43,684 nucleotides of DNA from a virus (Duplodnaviria; Caudoviricetes). This document shows, in pieces, positions 7,571 through 19,500 of the stretch (positions are counted from its first letter, which is position 1; each line of letters begins with the position of its first letter). The translations under genes were made by a program, and so were the position numbers. The notes beneath the pieces were generated by a model. The model made no database searches. It was given only the letters and a program-made list of their open reading frames with translations, and had not been told where the DNA came from. The stretch spans positions 1 to 43,684 of IMG/VR virus record IMGVR_UViG_3300042868_009174; one strand, 5' to 3'.

Positions 7571-10500
7571 TATTTACATTTTTTGTCTTGAATGTTAAGT
7601 TGTTTGTCAGGAAATTCCTGTTGCACATCTGCAGATGACTCATCAAAAGAACTAACGTTCAATTTACTATTCATCTCTATGCTACTAATTGGAACATTAT
7701 TACCGGAGTTAAGAACGATTACATCTTTAGAACTTCTGGTAATTGCTGTGTAATACCATCTAGCACCATTCCATGAAGGAGCTACATAGTTTTGATTTAC
7801 AAACACTTTGCTCCATTGAGAACCTTGAGATTTGTGTGCTGTTACAGAATATCCGTAAGTGGCAATCACTAAAGAAGGAGAAACTTTAAATCCTTTTTTT
7901 GTTTGAATAATCAATCCTTTACTTTCAAGAAAATTCATAAACTCAGGATTAGTCTTTGCATATTGCAACAACTGTCCATGATAGAAACTAGGTTTATCCA
8001 GCAAAGGAATGTGTAACATTGTTACAGGTTTGTTATCCTTAGTTTTCACATCTATGAAAAAGGCATCGTATTTGCTAATTTTTCCATCTCTACTTTCAAG
8101 AGAGATTTCTTTTTTCACAGGAGTGCCCACTTCACTGATTTCAAATATTTCTGAATTAGGATATGCTGTTGAGTTAGCTACAGAAATCATTACATCTCCT
8201 TCATTAAGAAGAGTTTTCTGTGCTCCAAACTTCTCTTGTCTGGCAATATTATTCATTGCCACTCTTTCATTGTTTGTAGCTACAATCATTACAACATCTT
8301 CTCCATTTTTAATTGCAGATTTGAAATCATTTACAAACTCGTTTCTAGAACTAGTTACTTTAAAGTCCTGAATAGATGTTTCAGGAATGTAGGGTTTTCC
8401 ATCCACTCTGGTTATTGTGGCAACTTTAAGAACATTGCTGTCCAAAGATTGCCTTTTCACTTCTGTTAATTCTGTTTGATTATTTTTTACTTCTTCAATC
8501 TTTCCTTTAAATAATCCACTATCTTCTCCTACAGGTTCAAGTTGGAAACTGTCTCCCATGAAGATTAGTATATTGTTTCTATTAGTAGCATTCAGAAGAT
8601 CAGTCATCAACTCTTTAGAAATCATAGAAGACTCATCAATAATGATTACAGAATTTTTTATGTCTGCTCCTATAACCCATTCTCCTGTTATAGGATCAGG
8701 TTCTCCATATATTGACTTATGTATTGTTGAGGCTTCTGAGGCTACACCAGCAGCTTTTAGTTTGTCATTTAACACCTTTGCAGCTTTGTTTGTAGGAGCA
8801 AGCACTTTTGCAGGTCTTCCTTGTGTTGCAGCATACCTAGCAATGTTTTCAGCAATAGTAGTTTTACCTGTTCCTGCATATCCGGCTAAAAGATAATACC
8901 CTTGTTTGTTTGCATTAATTAAGTTCTGTACATCAGATAAAGCTTTTCTTTGACCAGTGGTGTAGTCTATTTGAACATTTCTAGTTTCAAATATTGTAGG
9001 CAGGGTTGATTCTTCTTCAGTGAAAGGTAGTTCAGAAACTTCTTGAGAAAGAGCCGTGTATTTAGAAGCTACATTTTTAGGATTCATTGCTTGCCAATCC
9101 TTTCCTCCTTGTTTGAATTCACCACTGACAACATTTCCATTTTCTAATGTAAATCTGTATTGAGTTCCAAATTGTTCAAATGTTTTTGTTTCAATGTTTT
9201 TAGGAGTTTCTTCAGGAGTGAATGTCACTTGACTAGTTCCTGTAACAGGTTCTTCGTTAGGCTTAATTATTTCTTTGGATGTGAAATGTCTTATCAAATC
9301 ATCAGTGTTTGCTTCTTTTTCAACCTTTGATGTACCATTATTCAACACAGACTTTTTGAAGTCTTTGTAATATTCTGATACATATCCAGCATCACCATAA
9401 AGATTTATACGTTTGTAAATATACGTCTTATTTCCATCTTTGTCATATTTCAAGACAGGAGAACCATCAGGGTATTTCACCTTTTCAAATCCAAGAATTT
9501 CTTTAGGAACAGTCTCTCCTTTTGCAAGCATTGTTCTATATTGCCTATTAGAATATGTCCTTCCTGTAAGAAGGTCTTTCACTGACATCTCATCTTCTGT
9601 TTCATATTCAGGATTAATAATAAACCTATCCATCTTAAGATAATCAGAAGATACATGTCTCATGTGATACTTCTCATTCAGCGTAAGTACACTTCTAGAG
9701 AACATTGTAATTCCTAATGGCTTAATTGTTGGAAAGTTATTATCTGCATAGTTGTAGTTGAGATTCACTTTCTTGAATATGTCATCATTTTTCCATTGGT
9801 TCCTGTAGAACATTCCACGCTTGAATACATCCATTTCAGGAGTGTATCTGAGATTTCTCATTGAATCTCCTATTTGTTTTTCATAGTCTTCAGCAGGGAC
9901 AATGTTCTTAATGGACATTGCTGACTGTTGGCTACCCTGAAGAATCGAAATCTTTACAAGAGCTTTATAAAGATTGGTGGTTAGTTCTTGTGTTTCAGGA
10001 TCACCATTGTCTCTCAATTCACGCATCTTACCTATGAAATAGTTTTCATCATACCCAGAAGCTTTTGCGTTTCCTTTGAGCTTGATTGTCCAAGGACCTC
10101 CTGTTCTAGCTTGTCTAGGTTCAAGAAGCTGAATCAAATCATCGTTAGGGAACTTTTCTTTTGCTTTCATGAGCAGTCCTACAGCAGATGTGCTGCTATC
10201 AGATGTCAATTCTGCTATTTCAGAATTCAATCCAGTTTTAGTTTGAATAATGAAATCAAGCAAAGAGGTTGCCACCTTTGTTCCTATTGCTTCATACTTG
10301 TCATCACTGAGATAACTATCTTCTGCATAAGGTCTAAGGATGTCATCTGTAATGTTTTGTCTTATATCCTCCTTGTCTAGTTGCAAATACTCTCCTACTG
10401 CTTGTACAGCCAAGTCAAGGAAATATGCTTGTTCTCCAAGATGTGTGTTTTTTAACACTTCATCTACAGATGAGAATATATTTGACTCACTTGCAACATC

Positions 10501-13500
10501 TGTTCTTGTTTGCTTTTTAAACAGAGAGTTACCACTTCTAAATCTAGTGGTGTCATAGTTTGATGCTTGTGTAAGCTTGAAGCTGTACTCAGCCATCTTT
10601 GCATACTTAAGAAACTCTGTGAGCATCTTTTGCTGCATTGCATTGTAAGCATCATCAGTTTTGTTTTCTCTGTATAATTCAATATTGTCTTTAAGAGACT
10701 TGAGAGAAACATCTAATTGAGTTTCATTAATGAGTTCTTCTGTAGTAGGGAACTCTGATCTAATGTAAGCAATCTGATCATTGTTAAATAATGATCTAAA
10801 GTTAGACTCATCCAGTTGTTCCAAATAAGCTCTAATGATAGGTTGGTTCATGAAGAATGGCACTGTTTCACCTGCACCTATTCTTTCAAGGAACATGAAT
10901 GTACCTACAGCAAGTTCACTTTTAATAATCTTCATGATATAAGGATCTTTTGCTACATCCACAAATGTGGTGGCATATCCTGAGAGCCTTGAAGAGATAT
11001 AAAAGCCTTTACCATCAGCTGTAAGTTTTCCTGACATGGAAGTATATGTTCTATTACCTACTGTCACAGTGTTGTGAGGAAGGGCAATAGATCCATTTCC
11101 TAGAATCTCTTTATCTTTTTTGGAAAGATTTGAAAATCTATTAGTGTCAAGATAGAGCTTTGACTTTTGAGCATTTGAATGTCCAGTGAGGTTTACAGCA
11201 GCTATACCCACCCAACGCTTGGCAGTGATGAATGAATGCCTAAGCTTGGACATATAGCTTGCATTGAGAAGTCTGTTTTTAACATTCTCTCCCACATCAC
11301 CTGTAAGATAGTCAAGCTCTTCAGCAACCTTCTTAAATCCTGCATCATCTACAGGAGCAATATTCCTTTCATAGTTTACAGGAGATGTAATAAGCTTCTC
11401 CAGAGAATCATAGTATTCATTTTCCAATGCACGTTTGTACATTTTCTTAATGTACTTTTCTTTTACATCATCATTCAACATCTTTTGTGTAAGCTTTTCT
11501 TTCTTACCACCAAGTTTATTGATTTGATCAAGGATGTATTCTCTGGGAGAAAGTCTTTCTTCTCCTGCTTGTTCCATCATTTCATTAAGAAGTACAGCAT
11601 GATCTGTGTAGAACTCAAAGTCTTCATCAGACAATAGTTCAAGATTCTCTAATGTAATCTCATCAAACTGTTCAACTTTTTCAAATACATCTAATATCTT
11701 ATCTCTAAATTCATCAAACTTTGTTATTTTGTCAATCTGTTTTTGAATAGTTTCTTCGTATACGTTCTTATAATACTGTTTGGTTTCTTCTTCACTTTCA
11801 TTTATAAGAGAAACAATTCTAATGTTATCATTTGCATCCAAATAGTATGACTTGAGATAGATGAACATCTTATCAATGTCAAAGTCAGATCCAGCCATTG
11901 TGGTGATTTCTGAAGGAACTATCACTGTATGCCCCATGTATTGAGGAAGGAATCCTTTCACCCTCAATGCTGCCATTGAAGACAATGCCTGTGTAGGAAT
12001 ACGGAAACCAAATGCATTTAACAGCTTTCTTCCATCTTCTGTGTTGTTTAAATGACGAAGAAGTTCATCATCTGAATATCCTTTATATTTCTTTGGAAGC
12101 TTCTCTCTGAACCAATGAGGAAGCATCACTTCCATATATGGATCATCAGGAGTGGGCATCTTCAGAGTATCGTCTGTCAGATAGACATTCTTTTGTTCAT
12201 CACTAGACAGCTCTGCATATTTCTCTTTAGTGATTTTAGTGTATGTGAACTTGCCATCTTCACCTTTCTTCTTTATTACAAGACTTCTTGATGAGCCAAG
12301 TTTCTCAAACATTGTTACAGGACTCTGTACATATGCAGCTCCATGCATTTTAGGAGAGTTGACAGACTTATCCACCATTGAGAAGATGATATCTCTTATC
12401 TGTATGTATGCATTGGAAGATTCAAACGGTACTCTGAATTGACCATTCTCATCAAGCTCAAGAACATATTTAACATTATCAGATGCTTCTCTTCTAAGGA
12501 GTTCATGTTTCAGAGACTCAGACAAAGCAACAGGGTCTACAATATTAAACTTACCATCTCCCAAATGCTCCAGTCCAAGCTTATTGAAAAGTTCCTCCAC
12601 TCCATTTTTGTGGTAAGCATTAAGTGTTCTTACATATCTTTTATACTCTTCAGCAATTTTTTCATTTACAGCTTCACCATTTTCAAACAAATCAATTGTA
12701 CTAATCTTTGTTGTTTGAGAACCTCTTGTCAAATCTTCATGAAAATCTTCATATGTGGTTTCCACTTGCACACCAAGAATTTTCCAAGGCACTTGTATGA
12801 TATTATCAAAAGGTGCTGTGTTAAGCTCACCATTTTTCTTATATACATCATAGAGTGATTCAGCTCCCACCTTTCTACCACTACCATATACAGCATATCC
12901 TATTTTCTCCTTGTACATCTTAATGTACATGTCTTCAAGATTAGTTCCTTCCACCATGCTGTAATACAAAGGCATCTGAGAGAACTTATCAAGAACATTA
13001 TCAAAATAGGTTCTATTTGCTTTATTACCTGAAACAATTGTCTTCAGCACTTCTATCATGTGCTTAGGAGCAGGCTTGGAAATCATTTTCTCATCCTGAG
13101 CTTTCAGTTTTTCATTTGTGTAAGTGTACTGCCCTTTCTTTGCAAGCTTGTTTCTTGTATAAGCCATTTGCCATTGATGCCAAGGTTCTGCCTTTTCATC
13201 AATCCATTGACCATTCTTTATTTTCAACTCTCTGTAGACATTATCCATCATGAAGGAGAAACCATCAGTTTCTGTAGTGATGGTGTCAAATTTAGAATAG
13301 ATTATTCCTGCTACATCTACATCACTAAGAGTGACAGTGTTAATGTTTGGTGAGAATAAATGATAACCGGGGTCAGTTGGTTCAAGAGGAATGTCTTCTG
13401 CATTATTCCTATCCTGATTAAGAGCTGTATTCAGTTGAGGGAAATCAACAGTGGTTCTTCTGGGAGACAGGAATGATTTAGTACGTTTAGTCTCATCAAG

Positions 13501-16500
13501 TTGATTATTCTTTATTTTGAATTGATAAGGGTCTCCAAAAATCACCTTATGCATTTCAATATTGTTAATGACATAATTAATGTTTCTAAACATCATAATG
13601 TCATTAAACTCTTTCTCACTTAGGTCTCTCTTATTGACATCAGCTGCTTTTGCAAAATCACCATCCAAGTTTGGAAAATTGAAAGTGTCATTCTCATTCT
13701 GATACACTCTCTTAAACTTAATCAAATCATTCACCATGTCTTGGTTAGAAGATTCAATGAATGATTTTACAGATGAGTTTACATCACTGATTCTATCATC
13801 TATGTATTTGTTAATGTCATCTTTATTAGCATCTTCTTTTATAAGACTATGTATTTTTTCAACCATGTCTTTAGGAAGAATCTCTTTGAAGAACCTAAGC
13901 TCTTTTGCTCTTGGAGCTGTGTTATCCAAATAACTCCTATCAGACATTGCAAGCTCCACCTCATCATTAAGATAGTTACGGAAGATGGTGTATATTTTAT
14001 CCCAAGCTCTTCCACCCACAACATCATTGTATGAGATGTTGTTACCAAGATTGATCATCCATTCTGTAGAGCTATCTGCAGGAACGAGAATATAATAGTC
14101 ACCATTGAGATTCTGGTTAAATTGCAATACAGCAGCATCACCACGACTAAGTCTTGATATCTTTACATCCTTTCCACCATCAATGTCTTTGTTTCCTTCA
14201 ATATATTTAATTTTAAACTTCTTTATCTGATTACCGTCTTCATCATAGAAGAGTCCTCCTTTCTTGAGAACAATAGAAGATTTTGAGAAAACATCATTCA
14301 ATTCAGGTCTCTTTACATAAACCTCATCCAATGTTGGAGACTCATTCATCTCATTCTCAAACACAGAAGTGTGATTGTTTTCTGCAAACTCATTCACTCT
14401 TTCTCCTTCAATGTTAAACCTTGTGGTTTCATGAGGAGGATTTTCCACTCTTATGTAAAGCTCTGCAAGCTTTTTGATAGCACTATCTATCTTCAATGCA
14501 TCTCCGGTAACAGATGCAATATCGCTATCTTTGGAAATATATTTTTGTATGCTGGATACAGCATCGTCAAACTTTGCTTGCTCAGATCTTTCACCCACTT
14601 CTTTCTTTACACTGAGTCTAAGATATGTGCTCAGAGGAAAGTTTATACCAAGTTTCTTAAGAAACTCTACTTTCTCTTCAGGTGTGGATGTAGGAATCTT
14701 GCTAATATCACCCACTTGATATCTCTTAGTGTCAGGATTGTAGGTTATAAGTGAGTCTCTCTCCTTTGCCAACAGTTTCATGTTAGACAACCAATCACTC
14801 TTAACTTCTTCTGCAGCTGTGAACAGATTTGCAGGAGATGTATACACATTGTCTCCTGAAGAATATTGTACAAGAGCAATAGGTTTCTGTTTTGTAAATG
14901 TCTGATAGAATTGAATAAACAGTCTCCAATCATGATTTTCAAAACTACTAAAGTCCACATCCATCACTCCATCAACAATTCTGATTGCTTTGATAAGCTT
15001 AAGTCTTCCAAGAAGTCTGTAATAGTCTGTATTCAAGGAAGCAAGATTGACAAGCTTTTCAACAACCCTCTTAACACTTGATGTGTTATGGAGTTTATCC
15101 ATCACTGTTGCAAATGCTTTGCTAAAGTTGAGAAGTTGGAAACCATTTAATTCAGACCAATCTGATTGTGGTGTAGAAAGATTGTTAGCATCTAAGTTTC
15201 CACTTGGTTTTGTCTTTGTCAATGTTCCCAAGAGCAGCTTGATAGGATAGCCAGAATGCTTTTTCCAATCTGTTGCAAATGGTTCAGGAGCATAGCTTCT
15301 ATTGTCAGACTCATTATTGTTTACATCTACAACTAATGAATCATCAAACTCAATCTTGAATTGACGAAGGAACTCTTTTGTTCTAGAGAACAATTCACCA
15401 AATTGTTTGGTGCTCAGGAAGTCAGGGTCTGTATCATCTATCTTTTCTGAATCTTGATATTTCTGCAATACATGATTGTACAAATCTTTGTCAGTGAGTT
15501 TTTGTATATCATACAAAGATTTATTTGATCCAAACAGATATTGGAAAATGATAGCAGTCATGTCTTCTACATACAAACGTGTGTCTGTTTGTGTAAGACC
15601 TTCCACTACACTATATTCAGGAATATCAGATTTAGCACTTTCAGGAACTACATAGCTCTTGAATCTACCTTTCTCAATATCATCAAACAACCTGTCCACT
15701 TTTGTAGACTTGAAAACAAGATTCTTTACAAACTGAATAATGTTCTTAAAGAATCTTACAATCTTTTCACTAAGAGAACGTGCAGGAAGTTTACCAAGTC
15801 TATAGTCAGCAAAGTCATCAGCTATTCTTTCTTTAATCTGTTTGTCTGTAGCCTCATCCCATTTAATCTTCTTTCCTGTTTCTCTATCAGTGAATGATCC
15901 AGACTTAGCTTTGAGTTGTTCAAGAATAGCAGCTCTTTCTTCAGAAGTGAGAAATGCAGCCCATATACCTTCAAATATCTCATGGTATTCTGTGCCTCTG
16001 ATTGCTCCTTTGTAGAACTTGGCTATGCCATCTACAAACATTCCATATGCTCTTCTTCCATCATTGAGCATGAATATTTTTTCTGATATTTCATAAGGAA
16101 TACCGGGAGCCACTTCATTATGCCACTTCTTGAATATCTCAATATCAGCTTGGGATATCTTTTCTTTCTTTGAAGGTGTTGTTTCTACAAGTCTATATTC
16201 TCCACTATCATCATGTTTCTTTCCTCCTTTCTTTTTCTTAGGTGTGGGAGGAGGTGTTTCTACAACAGGAGGTGTAGGAGCTTCAGCAGATTTCTTGGTA
16301 GATTCTTTTTCTAATTCATATTTTTTCTCATACTTGGCTTTAATTTGTTCGTCAACTTCTTTGATTTTTCTTAAATGATTAGCTTCTAAATGTTTTTCAT
16401 AGAGTAATTTTTTCCCAACTTCAAATGCTTCTGTTCTTTCTTTTTGAGAATATGTAGAAGGCATTGTTAATGCAAAAATGACATTGCTTAATACAATACG

Positions 16501-19500
16501 GGTATCGGTTATACTAAACCCAGCCCATTCTTTAACTATTTTTTCAACTTCTTCTTTATCTTTTGCATTTCTAAGTTGTTCAGGATATTTTTCTAATTTT
16601 TTCTTCTGTTCTTGCAATTCTGCTATTTCTGTGTCAATTTTAGAAATAGGAGCAGAAACAGAAGGTGGTGTAGCTTCAGCAGGTTTAGCTCCTTCTAGAG
16701 CAGATAGTTCTGCATCATATTTAGCATTGATTTTATCTAATAGTTCATTCTTACTATTTGCTTCAATTATTTCAGTATCGTTATTACTATTATAATAAAA
16801 TGTATTCCATTCTCCTTGAGATTCATCAAATTCACTAATTGATAATTCTCTTCTTCTTTCTATATCAGCTTTAGCATCTGTAGAAACAGCAGGTTTTGAA
16901 TCATATAAAATAGTTCCATCAGGGTTTTCTACTTTTACAATAGTAGCTAAATCTACAGTAACTCCTTTATTACCAACACCTAATTCATTTCCAACTAATG
17001 ATATTCTTACAGATCCTTCTCTTGTACCATCAACTAATGTTACAAAAAACTGTCCTCCTTCTCCTTGTCCTGCTTTTTTTATAGCAGCTTTAACTTCTTT
17101 ACGTTTGTCTTCTATAGAAGTAAGAGTTGAGGGAGTAACTGAGGGAGTTGGTGAGGGAGTTTCTGCTTTAGGAGCACTCTCTTCTATTTTTTGTTTCAGT
17201 AACCCAAGAATCTTGAAAGATGCATATGTAACTATTTTCTCTTCTGCAGAAGCACTTGGATTATAGTTTTCTTTTTGAGCAATCTTTAAAGTTTCATCAA
17301 CTATTTTCATTGCATCCGGATTGGATATCAATTGTGAAAGATAGTTTGAACTTTGATTATCAAGATCCACTTTTACTTTCAATATTTCTTTATCAGAAGG
17401 AGAAACTGTAAATTGCACAGGAGCTTTAAATGCATCTGTAGAAGTGTAAACAGTTTTACCATCAAGGATAAATTCAGTGTCTCCAATCTTTATAGTAACT
17501 GGCTTTGCAGTAACTGGAGGAGCTTCTGGTTTAGGAGCTTCTTCAGATTTTTTCTCACTCAGTGTTTTATCAATGTTTCCTCGTATAGATTCTTTTATAA
17601 AGAATGCAACAGAAAACTCAATGTCATCTTCATTGAATTTCTTACCAAGTCTTTTTCTAATTTCACCTAATATCGGACTTTCTTCTCCAGTGGTTTTATC
17701 AACCTCTGAAATAGCAAATATTGATTTCTGCGTTGCATCATCAGGTACAATCTCTATATCAGATGTGTTATCTGTTGCAAGCTTTGCATTAAATGTAATA
17801 GGACCAATTGATTTAAAATCTGTATATGTGTTTTTAACATATTCAGTTTTCCCTACATTGTATTTACCAGCTTTTACAACATCTCCGGGTGTAGGTGTAG
17901 AAGAGGGAGGAGGAGTTTCAGACTTAGGAGCAGGTGTACTTTTAACAGGAAGAGCAGGGAATTCTGTCTCACTGAGAATAGCATATTTCTGTTTGAAGTT
18001 ATATGGAACAAGGTCTGTAGGCTTTGCTACAAACGTTGTTACAGGAGTGTCATTTGCACTTCTTGCATTACCATCAGGATATTTTGCAGAAAGCAAATAG
18101 GTTTGATAGTTAGTCCACTCTCTTTCTTTGAGTTCTCCATTCTCTACATAAAACTCTACAAACTTTTCATGAAACTTGTTAATACCAGCTTCTTCTGTAG
18201 ATGTAAGAGATTTATTGTTTATTGTATGATAGGCATCTAACAGTTGGTCTATTATTTGCTTCTTTGAATCTTCAAGCTTTGTAATATCGTATTTCTTATC
18301 ACCAAGTATGAGGTTCATTTTTGAATCAATGAACATCTGATTAGCTCCACCTTTAGCACCTGCTGCTTTCTTCCAATAAAGAAGATTGCTCAAATATCTT
18401 GTATAGATGGGATTGAACTTAACCTTCTTACCACTGTTTGATTGTTTCTGTATATCTGCAGCAAGTAGTCTGAGCACTTCATATATAGACTCTGCTTGAT
18501 TCCTGTTAAACTTATGGTTTACAGCAGGAACAAAAACATCTTCATATTGAATCATTGATCTGCCCTCACGAATCTTATATGATTGTCCATTGTGAGAGAG
18601 TGTACCTTTTGTTGATACAACAATAAGACCTTCTTGACTTTTTATTTTACTTTCTTCAATCAGTGTACCACCTATGTGGTTTCTTTCCTTTATGTCATTT
18701 ATAATTGGAATACCATTTGACACTCTAAAAGAATATATTTCAGGCTTGTCAGAAGCAATTTCAAAAAGCTGTTTGCGTTTCAATGCCCACCTTTGAGACA
18801 TTTCTTCTGCTTGAGCTTTCTCATCAATTCTAAACCTTTCAGCATTCTTTCCTCCCTCATCCCAATACAAAGAAGTGTTAGGCATTGTAGAGAACACCAC
18901 TTGGTTTAAATCCACTTGGTCTCCCACCTTACCTATTCTCTTTCCGTCTTTATCAACAAAGTAATAATTAGATCCTTGTTGTTCTACATATACAGCAGCA
19001 ATGAGTGCATTGTCAGTGTTGTCTATGATTACATTTCCAGAAGCATCTCTTTTTACATCTTCTCCCATAGAGAGCTTGTGAAGTCCTGTCAGTCCCAAAG
19101 CATCTTCTTGCTTTGAAGTGACAACCATCACTCTCATGTTAGCTTTGTTTGCAAACTTTCTAAAGTTGTTATGAAATGCAATTGATCTCTGTGCATGAGG
19201 TTTTTTGGAATCAGCATCTCTATCTTCAGAAGCAGATGTAGTTGACCAAAACAACCATGACCAAAACTTTCTTTTATCTTCAGGATTGCCTTTATATTTA
19301 TCGTCTGTAAAAGGTACACTATCAATTGTACCAGAGTCACTAAGTTCTAATTCTTTCTGTTGTTGTTCTACATCATCTTTTACTTTCTCAAGCTTCTCTT
19401 GTTCAGTTTTTAGTCTTTGATAACCTTCAAACTTACTAGCAGGAACATCATATATGTCACCATTTGAATCTTGAATTTTAACAGTGCCATTTTTGTTAAA

